This document shows positions 13,148-25,347 of a DNA stretch of 64,000 nt, one piece after another; the first letter of the stretch is position 1, and each line of letters opens with the position of its first letter. Position numbers and translations under genes: made by a program. The DNA is from Octopus vulgaris (Eukaryota): positions 26,598,001 to 26,662,000 of the forward strand of contig OX597835.1 of the NCBI GenBank assembly GCA_951406725.2, read 5' to 3'. Under the pieces are notes generated by a model, which had not been told where the DNA came from, searched no databases, and was given only the letters and a program-made list of their open reading frames with translations.

Positions 13148-13569
13148 GGATCTTTTCGGTTTGACCGGCAGTTTTTAAAAATAATTTCCACATAACTAAA
13201 CATTTTTAAACTTCGTATACTGGTAGAATGTGTTTATAAAACATCTTTTTTTCTCTTGGCTTTATTGAGAAAATGTTATAGTTTGTAAGATATGTGTTGT
13301 TGTTTTTCTTCAAGTTCTGCAATTTCAACCAATCAATGACGTCTATTGAGGTCAAAACATTCTGTGCCGTATGAATATGTCCCTCGTTTAAGAAACAGAT
13401 TGGGTTTATTTACATTTCTGAAGAAAAAAGATACCCTTCCCCCCACCCCTAACTAACCCTAACCCTAAAACAGATTGAAATGCAATTGATCGATACTAGG
13501 GTCATAATTATGTGTGGCAATTTCATATGACACCGCTAGAAAAAACTGCCGTTCAAACCGAAAAGATCC
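13148..13569. mobile_element. MITE with ~30-bp TIRs, 8-bp TSD and internal telomere-like CCCTAA repeats (copy 1)
   Basis: TIR GGATCTTTTCGGTTTGA(C/A)CGGCAGTTTTT at both ends; TSD GAGCATTT at 13140-13147 and 13570-13577. Confidence 0.93.
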
Positions 13570-13706
13570 GAGCATTTATAGATACAAGAAAAGATCAAGC
13601 TTTGCAAGGTGCAAGCAACCATCAAATGTACATCACTGCAAAACTCATATGTCAAGTCATGAACTTTGCGAGTGATTCGGCATCAAGGAGAAACATACCC
13701 GCAATA

Positions 13707-14008
13707 GTGGAGGCACATGGCCTAGTTGTTAGAGCAGCGAACACGCGGTCGAGGGATCGCAGGTTCGAATCTCAGACCGGGCGATGTGTGGTGTGTTTAT
13801 GAGCGAAACTCCTAAGCTCTACGCGGCTCCGGCAGAAGGTAATGGCGAACTTCTGCTGACTCTTTCGCCAATAAACTTTCTCTCACTTTTTCCTCCTGCA
13901 TCTTGCAACTCACCTGCAACTACCGGCGTCCCGTCCAGGTGGTGAACCTATACGCCAAGGAAACCGGGAAACCGGCCCTTATGAGCCAAGTATGGCTCGA
14001 GAAGGAAC
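13707..14008 (+). mobile_element. SINE family D (C-type tRNA head, different tail) with 16-bp TSD
   Basis: Head GTGGAGGCACATGGCCTAGTTGTTAG..GGTTCGAATCTC; TSD AAACATAC(C/T)CGCAATA at 13691-13706 and 14009-14024. Confidence 0.88.
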
Positions 14009-14768
14009 AAACATACTCGCAATACATCCAAGGATTTTGAAGAGAATCGTATCAAACACACAAAACTAAAATTAAACACAATGAAAGGAAACCGCATGAA
14101 ACCCTATGGCTATCAATAATCTATTCGATCCTTGTGGTCGAGCCTGTTCATGTAAAGCTTGACTTGTTACCAACTCAAGGTAACATGAATTAAAACAAGC
14201 TGTTAATTAACCATCGCCACAAACCTATGTCTGTCGGCCATTTTATAAGAATTATCCTTCTGATGATGGTCTGAATAAAAATATGTTTGTATAATTTTAG
14301 AACATGGCCGCCAGCTCAGAGCACTCTCTATTAATAGATAGTTACCTATCGATTACGTTAGTTCTATTCAGTACTAGATGCCAAGAAAGGCAACTCTGAG
14401 CTGATTAGATATATACAAACTTGTTACCAGTGCAAATACGCTTGGGGCACATTCCACCTCGTTAAGAATGCTATTCACTGTATTTCGTGATGGAGAAAAT
14501 TTATCGCCGTAGACAAACGAAGTCAATTTGCAATGCTCTCTAACAAGACTTATAGATGCATGCATTTCGGAGTGAGTGTCTCTTCTTCAGCATCAGACAC
14601 CGAAATAGAGGACGCTACAAAGTAAGAAGAGATCTCTAATTCTATTCCCGCCATTTTACTGTGACTGGTTGTGCTAATCGGTGCCCAACCGGAACAGAAG
14701 CTGGACACCAGCTCAATGCCTAAACAAGTAAGTGTTCACGAGATTCTAAAGAAGTATAACGCAAACAT

Positions 14769-15153
14769 GACCTTTATTCTCTAGAAAAACGACGAAGCCG
14801 TGGTGATCTCATTCTTGCTCACAACATCATAAGCGGAAACTGTAACCTCTCGAAAGAGCTGTTCTTCACTCCTGCTCCAGAGCGTCGGCTGCGGGGTCAC
14901 TCCGAAAAGCTCTATCTGCCACGATTTCGTCTCAATCGAAGGAGAGGGGCTTTCTCCGTCCGGGTTGCGGATCCGTGGAACAAGCTGCCGGACGAGATAG
15001 TGAAGATGCCGACGACCGCTCGGTTCAAAGTCTCTCTTGACCAGAAATGGCCTGAACTCTTTGCATGAACACCCTCCCTGTACATAACTCCATGTCCCCC
15101 TACATGGCCTTGCTCTTTGATTTTTGAGCCAAAAAATTAACTTAACTTAACTT
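14769..15153 (+). mobile_element. 5'-truncated CR1-group LINE (ORF2 C-terminus, 3' UTR, (AACTT)n tail)
   Basis: 14769-15068 is an uninterrupted frame DLYSLEKRRSRGDLILAHNII..LRGHSEKL..RRGAFSVRVADPWNKLPDEIV..FKVSLDQKW..*, the classic CR1 C-terminus; possible TSD AAACAT at 14763-14768 and 15154-15159. Confidence 0.9.
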
Positions 15154-15654
15154 AAACATCCTTTTGATGAAGGACAATTAGCTGTCGTTAATTGTTATAA
15201 TTGTTATAAGCTAGTTTTTTTTTTAAATGATGTATTAACAGGTTCAATGAAGTCGCTCGGGGGTGGGGCCCAGTGGCTTCATTTCACCTTTCATCGTACA
15301 ATTTCATTAATTCCATTCGTTTTTTTTTTTGTCCCCACCTTGTGCTGTTCCTCTTTATGACCAATTTCCATGAAATAAAGAAGCTTGCTTCCGGTTGAAG
15401 AATCGATCGTGTTTTTCTGGCGATCTGTGAGTTGTCATTTTTTATTGTTGAAACTGTTAATTATCGTAAACTGTTATTGAAAATTTATTATTGAAAATTA
15501 TTCTTGTGAACTGTTGCCTGTTTGTAGGCTGTGGTGGACAATTTTATTTCCAAGTATTCTTGGGAATAGTGAATATTCTGTAGCCATTTGGCAATTGTTT
15601 ATTCGATTGGATTCTTCAACGGAGTGCATTTTTAAAATTTAGCTTTTGTAGGTA

Positions 15655-16000
15655 TTGCTGAACTGCGCCCCGCCCCCAAACAGGGGGTGGGATTTGAACT
15701 GTTGTTCCTATTGCAAGGAGTTTATTTTTTGAACGGTGGAAACCTACAATTTTCTTTTGGATCCACCCCCCCCTGTATTCAGCCGTTTTAGGCTCTTTAT
15801 TTGAGCTGTGCCCCTCACCCTGGCGAAGGTGGGATTTGAACTGTTGTTCCTCTTCGAAAGGAAGTAATTTATTTTAATATAAAAAAAAGGAACGGAATCC
15901 TATAATTTTTCCTTTGGAAAGAAAAGAACTGTTTTTCCAGCCGTTTTGGGGCTTCATTGAACTACGCCCCTCCCCTGACAGGGGTGGGATTTGAACTTAT
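15655..16000. repeat. Three tandem ~145-155-bp units
   Basis: GA(A/G)CT.(C/T)GCCCC...GGTGGGATTTGAACT recurs, with GGATTTGAAC at 15690, 15832, 15987. Confidence 0.8.
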
Positions 16001-16660
16001 AGAACGATCTTATTCGAATTCGACCCAAAGGACAAATACACTAATGATGTGATAGTGCCACACCACACAAGTTTATATTCTAAGGAAAAATAAGCACCAT
16101 CTTGAAAACATTGTTTCTGCATGTTTCTTCTTAATTAGTGTATAGTGATTAGGAGAAAATGCTTCTTAAATTAGAAATCCATACCTAAAATGGTTGTTAA
16201 GTGACATGAATAGATTCAGTTGGGTTTAGTGAACATTTCTGCGAAGTAATTGACACTGGAGCACAAAGTCTAATTAATTCCTAATTACATGTCTAATTAA
16301 AACTTCTTAATTTGTCTTTCCATACCCGATTTTTTTTCTCAAGTTTTCATTTAAGTATTACTTGTGTCTAAGGAGTAATATTCAATGTAATTCATAACTG
16401 GAGCTTAAAGTCTAATTAAATTAGTTATTTACACAAGTTGATTATCTCATAATTAGCTAATCCATACCTAAGCATACTTAAGAATCTCGTTTCGTGGTAT
16501 TAGGACCATTTGTACACATATTGTGCCTTGCTAGTATTTCGGAGCTTCAAGTCTAACCAAATCAGGACTGACTCCTGCATTAACTGACAAACCTCCGTGC
16601 TGCATCTCTTTTATATATCTTGTTTTATATATCTTGTTTATATCTATATATACATATATA

Positions 16661-17485
16661 GGATCTTTTCGGTTTGAACGGCAGTTTTTTCTAGCGGTGT
16701 CATATGAAATTGTCACTCATAATCATGACCCTAGTATCGATCTATTGCATTTCAATCTGTTTTAGGGTTAGGGTTAGGGTTAGGGGTGGGGGGAAGGGTA
16801 TCTTTTTTTCTTCAGAAATGTAAATAAACCCAATCTGCTTCTTAAACGAGAGACATATTCAAACGGCACAGAATGTTTTCACCTCAATAGACGTCATTGA
16901 TTGGTTAAAATTGAAGAAATTGAAGAAAAAATCAACAAATATCTTACAAACTATAGAATTTTCTCAATAAAGCCAAGAGAAAAAGATGTTTTATAAACAC
17001 ATTCTACCAGTATACGAAGTTTTAAAAGTGTTTAGTTACTCTCTTTTACTCTTTTACTTGTTTCAGTCATTTGACTGCTGCCATGCTGGAGCACCGCCTT
17101 TAGTCGAGCAAATCAACCCCAGGACTTATTCTTTGTAAGCCTAGTACTTATTCTATCGGTCTCTTTTGCCGAACCGCTAAGTTACGGGAACGTAAACACA
17201 CAAGCATCGGTTGTCAAGCGATGTTGGGGGGACAAACACAGACACACAAACATATATACACACATACATATATATATACATATATACGACGGGCTTCTTT
17301 CAGTTTCCGTCTACCAAATCCACTCACAAGACTTTGGTCGGCCCGAGGCTATAGTAGAAGACACTTGCTCAAGGTGCCACGCAATGGGACTGAACCCAGA
17401 ACCATGTGGCTGGTAAGCAAGCTGCTTACCACACAGCCACTCCTGAAATTATTTTTAAAAACTGCCGGTCAAACCGAAAAGATCC
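16661..17485. mobile_element. TTAGGG-bearing MITE copy 2, inverted relative to copy 1, with nested SINE A
   Basis: Same TIRs; TSD CATATATA at 16653-16660 and 17486-17493. Confidence 0.93.
17040..17444 (-). mobile_element. SINE family A nested in the MITE
   Basis: Reverse complement of family A; absent from MITE copies 1 and 3. Confidence 0.92.
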
Positions 17486-18394
17486 CATATATACATTACA
17501 AGTGTATTTGTGTTCAGCGTATCTGTACACGTGTGAGATATGTTACTTAGCAGCAGAATCGTGAGATATGTTACTTAGCAGCAGAATTGTTTTGCGGTAT
17601 TCGGTTAGAACTCCTTGACGTTCAAATCCCGTCCAGAGTACCCGTACCTTTCACCCTACCGTGGTCGATAAAATAGAGTACCATTGAAAGGCTGAGGTCG
17701 ATTTAATCAGTTAATGGCGCCTAGCGAATGTGAAACCTTGTGGTTATGTTATATATTATATCAGAAGAGGAATGTACAGACGTCATGTTGTGTTGGGGAC
17801 AGACATGTCAATGAGTGTTTGTGAGTGTTGGACAGAGCGTGTCTCTAAGTGTGGCTTTTGTCTGTGTGTGAGGAGCTATGCATATATTTATATAAGCATG
17901 CGTGTGTGTGCGTGTGTGTGTGTGTGTGCGTGTGCGTGCGTGTGTGTGCGTATCTGTGTTCCGTTTGTGAGAATGTGTTTGTGTGTGTGTGTTTGTGTGT
18001 GAGAATGTGTATGTAAGATAGATGAATAGATAACGACAGAGAGAGATAGACACAGAGAGAAAGAGAGAGAGAAGGGGTGGTGTGTGTGTGTGTATCTGCG
18101 TATCGGTGTGTTTGTGTGTGAGAATGTGTGTGTAAGCTAGATAGTTAAATAAACAGAGAGAGAGAGAGAAACAGGGAGAAAGTGTGTGTATGTGTGTGTG
18201 TTTGTGCTTGTTGGACGGAACGTATCTGTATATGTGGTTTTTGACCACGTACGTACGTATGTATGTGTGTGTGTGCGTATGTGTGTGTATATGTGAGTGA
18301 GTATGTGAGTGCGTTTGTATGTGTGTTTTTCTGTGCAAGCGCACCGTGCGTTTGTAGGTATGTAATTTGGCGCGGTCACTACAACCGACCGACC

Positions 18395-18476
18395 AAAGAG
18401 AGGCAAGTAGTTAGATAGACAGAGAGAGGGAGAGAGGGAGAGAGAGAGAGAGAGAGAGAGAGAAAGATATAGAGAA

Positions 18477-18565
<89 letters not shown>

Positions 18566-19001
18566 GAGGAAGAGAGAGTCAGAGCAGCAGAGAGTGAAGG
18601 AGAGGAAGACAGGAAGAGGGAGAAGGAAAGGGAAAAGGAAGGGAAGAAAGTATGAATGTAGGCGAAAGAGAGAGGGCGAGAAAGAGAGAGAGAGAGGAAG
18701 AACCAGGGAAGGAATAAGATACAAGACAACAGACTGATAGAGGGAGAGAGAGAGAGAGAGATAAGAGTGAAGAAAGGGAGAGAGGAAGATAAGAGTCAGG
18801 AAGTTTGCATGTAGAAGTATGTTAGAGTAATAGGGAGAAAAAAGAGAGATAGAGAGTAAAAGACTGAGTGAGAGAGTGAGAGAGAGAGGGAGGGAGAGAG
18901 AAAGTGAGATTGAGAAAACACACAGCACAACATATACATACATACATACATATATTATATATACATGTACATACACACATACATACATATACACATACAC
19001 A

Positions 19002-19060
<59 letters not shown>

Positions 19061-19062
19061 AT
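18395..19062. repeat. (GA)n / purine-rich low complexity and (CTAT)n
   Basis: Direct reading. Confidence 0.9.
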
Positions 19063-19063
19063 A

Positions 19064-19135
19064 GATGGCGGTGCCCCAGCATGGCCACAGCTCGTGAGCT
19101 GAAACTAGATAAAATAAATAAAATAAAATAAAAAT
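19064..19135 (+). mobile_element. Very short 3'-end retro-insertion with stem-loop and (ATAAA)n tail; second copy at 58217-58280
   Basis: ATGGCGGTGCCCCAGCATGGCCACAGCTCGTGAGCTGAAACTAGA is identical at both loci. Confidence 0.8.
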
Positions 19136-19149
19136 ATATATATATATCT

Positions 19150-19303
19150 CCGTCACTTAGCGGTTCGGCAAAAGAGACCGATAGAATAAGTACAAGGCTT
19201 ACAAAGAATAAGTCCTGGGGTCGATTTGCTCGACTAAAGGCGGTGCTCCAGCATGGCCACAGTCAAATGATTGAAACAAGTAAAAGAGAAAAAGAGTAAA
19301 AGA

Positions 19304-19305
<2 letters not shown>
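19150..19305 (+). mobile_element. SINE family A 3' fragment
   Basis: Family match. Confidence 0.88.
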
Positions 19306-19352
<47 letters not shown>

Positions 19353-19768
19353 TTCATACACACACAATTACATACATATAGGTACTTACTAAAAAGCATA
19401 GACCACATATACACACGTACGTATAAAAAACCTACGTACACACACACGGCTGTACATACACACAGCTACACATACACACAGCTACACATACACACAGCTA
19501 CACATACACACATACACACATACATATTACAACAGTATATGCATACAGCCATTAGTACGGCGGCGGAAGCGAAGGGCGGCGGCAGGTCGGGTCGTAGCCA
19601 GCCTCAGTTTTGCAATCGCTTACTCCCCCGCAACGAACTTACATCGCTTTACCAACAAACATCTTCTCCATCACCGTCAAACAGATTTATCAAACACAGT
19701 TCGTCAAACACACATCCTACGTATAAATAAAACATACCACACACACTTACAAACACACGTACATAAAC

Positions 19769-19808
<40 letters not shown>

Positions 19809-19948
19809 GCACACACACACACTCTTACACACTCGCACACGCACAAAATATATACACAACTAGCCAAACAAACTTTGAAGTGCGCATTCACACAAATACA
19901 CAGTGCACACACATATACACACACTCATACGCACAAACATATAATACA

Positions 19949-20015
<67 letters not shown>

Positions 20016-20083
20016 TTTATTTAAAAGCAGCAGAAATTCAACAAAACCTGTTACTCTGAGTTTCACGTTCCCGTGTTTACTCC

Positions 20084-20120
<37 letters not shown>

Positions 20121-20733
20121 TCACATATACGCGCACATACATACACACGAGGAACACAGAAAAACTTTCTTTCTACTCAGTTACATGTAAAGAAAAAACA
20201 CACCCACTCGCATACAAGACAAGCAAGCACACACTCACACACAAATACACACACGCACACACACACACACACACACACACTTGTGTGCGCGCGCACACAG
20301 TGTTTAAGACAGGAAAAAAAATTCGGTCAGACAGTATTTATTAAAGAAAAAGAAAAGCTGAAAGGCTTCAAGAACACCAGATCGGTGGTTGGTTGGTTCG
20401 TTCGTTGGTTGGGCGCGATCCTGGCTTGACCACACAGTAGTGGACATTGAATACTAAGGATTTCTTTCCCCCCATTGGACATATATTCGGTATTTTCCAA
20501 GGAAAGTGCCCCAGAGAATCCTCGTACTGGAATCGAAACGGTGTACAAGTTGTTTGAGTACGTTGTGTAATATTTTCTGCATTACGGAGGTCAGTGGATT
20601 TGTTAAATAGTTTTGTCTGCTATACGTATGTATGTATGTATGTATGTATGTATGTATGTATGTATGTATGTATGTATGTATGTATGTAGGTATGTATGTA
20701 TGTATACAAATACATACACAAAAACACGTGTGC

Positions 20734-20782
<49 letters not shown>

Positions 20783-20904
20783 TACATATATACATTGTGT
20801 TTGTTCTACGTTTAGAGTCTATACTAAGAGATGATATATATGTATACATACTTATATACACATATATATGTGTGTTTGTGTGTATATATCTATCTCTCTA
20901 TATC

Positions 20905-20954
<50 letters not shown>

Positions 20955-20995
<41 letters not shown>

Positions 20996-21147
20996 AAGGG
21001 GGGAGTTTCGATCCTTTTACGATCCCTTTTGATCGAAACTCCCCCTTCCTTTTTTTTTTTTTTTTTTTTTAACCCTTCAAAAGAAAAGCTCTACCTTGTA
21101 ATTTGTTCTATCTGTGTGCAGCCCGGTGTGGCTAATAAAGAAACATA
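20955..21147 (+). mobile_element. Retroelement 3'-end fragment with long hairpin and SINE-B-like tail
   Basis: polyA-GGAAGGGGGGAGTTTCGATC...GATCGAAACTCCCCCTTCC-polyT, then TCTGTGTGCAGCCCGGTGTGGCTAATAAAGAAA similar to the SINE B terminus. Confidence 0.6.
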
Positions 21148-21488
21148 TCTATTTATCTATCTATCTATCTATCTATCAATATATTTATCTATCTATCAAT
21201 ATATATATATGTGTGTAAATGTATACATATCTTACTTATAAGGCCGGCGACTGTGTTTTGTGCGTTGTTTACATGAATGTGTGCAGTAACAGCTGCGCAT
21301 ATGTGTACACCAATATATATATATATATACGAACACACACACACACACAGAAACATGCGTAGATTCCTATGTATATATATGTGCGTGTATTATATATTCA
21401 GTTTCCACGAGAAGTAAAAATGCATTTAAAAATTGCAGAATATATTCCTATGTGAATATATGTGTTTGCGCGTGTACGTATGTATGTA

Positions 21489-21556
<68 letters not shown>

Positions 21557-21757
21557 CATGTAACCATGATCTTGGTTTTACTACCAACGAGGGCGGAGAT
21601 GATTGCTCATGATACGTATATTAGCGGAGGAAGTTTCTATGAAAGCCGACAAAGTGCATAACTTCTTTCTGACATATTTATGGGTATTAGTAAGTGCTCG
21701 CACGCGAAACTATAGACTCCACGAACCGCATTGGTCACCACATACATTCATACATGA

Positions 21758-21811
<54 letters not shown>

Positions 21812-21845
21812 GCATGTGGTCACCACATACATTCATACATGCGTG

Positions 21846-21890
<45 letters not shown>

Positions 21891-21894
21891 TGTC

Positions 21895-22066
21895 GGAGGC
21901 GCGACTGTGTGGTAAAAAGCTTGCTTCCCCACCACGTGGTTCCGGGTTCGGTCCCATTGCGTGGCACCTTGGGTAGCTGTCTTCTGATATAGCCTCGAGC
22001 CGGTCAAAGCGTTGTGAGTGGATTTAGTTAGACGGAAACTGAAAGAAGCCCGTGATATATATATAC

Positions 22067-22106
<40 letters not shown>

Positions 22107-22345
22107 GTGTGTGTGCGTGTGTGTGAGTGCGCGCGCAGGGCATTTGATCCCCCATCACCTCTTGAAAACCGTTGTCGGGGTGTTTAGGTCCCCCCGTAAC
22201 TTAGTAGCTTGGAGACACAGACCGATATAATAAATACAAGGCTTAAAACAAAAAAAGAAGCTCCCGGGTGAATTCGATCAACTGAACTTATGCAAGGTGG
22301 TGATCCAGCATGGCCGCAGACAAATGACTGAAACAAAAAAAAATA
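21895..22345 (+). mobile_element. SINE family A, diverged
   Basis: Family match with many substitutions. Confidence 0.82.
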
Positions 22346-22374
22346 GAACATATGCACACACACACAGACACATA

Positions 22375-22423
22375 TGTATGTATGTAATGTATGTATGTAT
22401 GTATGTATGTATGTATGTATGTA

Positions 22424-22454
<31 letters not shown>

Positions 22455-23478
22455 ATGTATGTATGTACGTATGTACGTATGTATGTATGTGTGTATGTGT
22501 ATGTATGTATGTATGTATGTATGTATGTATGTATGTATGTATGTACGTATGTACGTATGTATGTATGTATGTATGTATGTATGTATGTATGCATGCATGC
22601 ATGCATGCATGTATGTGTGTGTGTATGTATGTATGTATGTACGTATGTACGTATGTATATATGTGTGTATGTATGTATGTATGTATGTATGTATGTATGA
22701 TGTATGTATGTGTATGTATGTATGTATGTATGTATGTGTGTGTGTATGTATGTATGTATGTATGTATGTATGTACGCATGTATGAATGTATGTATGTATG
22801 TATGTATGTATGTATGTATGTATGTATGTATGTATGTATGTGTGTGTATGTATGTATGTATGTTTGTATGCATGTATGAATGTATGTATGTATGTAGGTA
22901 TGTATGTATGTGTGTATGTATGTATGTATGTATGTACGCATGTATGAATGTATGTATGTATGTAGGTATGTATGTATGTGTGTATGTATGTATGTATGTA
23001 TGTAGGTATGTATGTATGTTTGTATGTATGTATGTATGTATGTATGTGTGTATGTGTGTTTGTATGCATGTATGAATGTATGTATGTATGTAGGTATGTA
23101 TGTATGTATGAATGTATGTATGTATGTAGGTATGTATGTATGTGTGTATGTATGTATGTATGTATGTACGCATGTATGAATGTATGTATGTATGTAGGTA
23201 TGTATGTATGTATGAATGTATGTATGTATGTAGGTATGTATGTATGTGTGTATGTATGTATGTATGTATGTATGCATGTATGAATGTATGTATGTATGTA
23301 TGTATGTATGTATGTGTGTATGTATGTATGTATGTATGTATGTAGGTATGTATGTATGTTTGTATGTATGTATGTATGTATGTATGTATGTATGTTTGTA
23401 TGCATGTATGAATGTATGTATGTATGTAGGTATGTATGTATGTTTATGTATGTATGTATGTATGTATGTATGTATGTA

Positions 23479-23509
<31 letters not shown>

Positions 23510-23838
23510 ATGTACGTATGTACGTATGTATGTATGTGTGTATGTATGTATGTATGTATGTATGCATGCATGCATGCATGTATGTGTGTGTGTATGTATG
23601 TATGTACGTATGTACGTATGTATATATGTGTGTATGTATGTATGTATGTATGTATGTATGTGTTTGTATGCATGTATGAATGTATGTATGTAGGTATGTA
23701 TGCATGTATGAATGTATGTATGTATGAATGTATGCATGTATGTGTTTGTATGTATGTATGTAGGTATGTATGTATGTGTGTATGTATGTATGTATGTATG
23801 TAGGTATGTATGTATGTATGTATGTATGTATGTATGTA

Positions 23839-23871
<33 letters not shown>

Positions 23872-24140
23872 AGGTATGTATGTATGTATGTGTGTGTGTA
23901 TGTATGTATGTATGTGTTTGTATGCATGTATGAATGTATGTATGTATGTATGTACGTATGTACGTATGTATATATGTGTGTATGTATGTATGTATGTATG
24001 TATGTATGTATGTATGTATGATGTATGTATGTGTTTGTATGCATGTATGAATGTATGTATGAATGTATGCATATATGTGTTTGTATGTATGTATGTATGT
24101 ATGTGTGTATGTATGTATGTATGTATGTGTGTATGTGTGT
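22375..24140. repeat. ~1.77-kb (TATG)n tract with variant units
   Basis: Direct reading; source of the 329-638 aa YIHT/MYVC ORFs. Confidence 0.97.
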
Positions 24141-24378
24141 GGCAAATTGCCATGATTTCCCAAAACAAAGACTGGTCTGTCCTTTCCTCTGCATGTGAAT
24201 AAAGAATTAATTTTGAATTTCATTTGAATTATCTCCCCTTATCTTCCATCATTTCTAAATCTACCGCTTGCTTCATTTTTACTACGAGACACATCTACAA
24301 AAATTAAGAACTTTTTTGCTTTCGGGATTCAATAATACATACATACATACATACATACATACATACATACACACACAC

Positions 24379-24417
<39 letters not shown>

Positions 24418-24634
24418 GCTAGAAATAAGAGTGAAAGACCCTTATAGTCAAAAACAAAGCACAAGTCTATCTACCTGCAGGAGAGTTAGCCGCCATGCAG
24501 CGAGTGGGGATGCTATATTGCCGAGCCAATTTCGCTTGAAATTAAAGTTCATCTGCAGTACTGCTCCATCACTGATAGTTAAGCCGAATCCTAACTGTAT
24601 ATAGAATATACCACAAGAATCAAAGATATATATT

Positions 24635-24830
24635 TATTCTTTTACTTGTTTCAGTCATTTGACTGCAGCCATGCTGGAGCACCGCCTTTAGTCGAGCAAA
24701 TCTACCCCAGGACTTATTCTTTGTAAGCCTAGTACTTATTCTATCGCTCTCTTTTGCCGAACCGCTAGATTACAGTGACGTAAACACCAGTTTCAGTTGT
24801 CAAGCAATTTTAGGGGGAAAACACACATAC
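24635..24830 (-). mobile_element. SINE family A 3' half, followed by a long (TA)n tract to about 25070
   Basis: Family match. Confidence 0.88.
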
Positions 24831-24849
24831 ACACACACACAATCATATA

Positions 24850-24960
<111 letters not shown>

Positions 24961-25001
24961 TTTTTTTTTTTTATATATATAATATATATAAATATATTAT
25001 A

Positions 25002-25073
<72 letters not shown>

Positions 25074-25311
25074 CAGCACATACTGTCAGTAATTACTCAG
25101 GGTAGGCAGTTGATGACCATTATGTAGTAAAGCACACAAAAAATATGCGAAACACAATGTGTGACTGAGTTGAAGGCTTCTGCCTTTATAACGCGTAAAG
25201 AAAACAGTGTCGAAATGAAAGCATATTTTGCCAGAAAAGCAAAATGCTGCTATCGATTTTTTATTCAAGGTAGGCACAGCCTACTTTGCCTACCTAGGAA
25301 CCACTTACCTG

Positions 25312-25347
<36 letters not shown>

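Noticed and set aside
16762-16800. Telomere or chromosome-fusion site
   Set aside because: The TTAGGG units are internal to a MITE present three times.
19539-19730. GC-rich island with a 63-aa ORF
   Set aside because: Short, no homology recognised; could be regulatory but nothing in the sequence supports a call.
22184-24194. ORFs of 329-638 aa (YIHT and MYVC repeats)
   Set aside because: Translations of a (TATG)n microsatellite that lacks stops in most frames.
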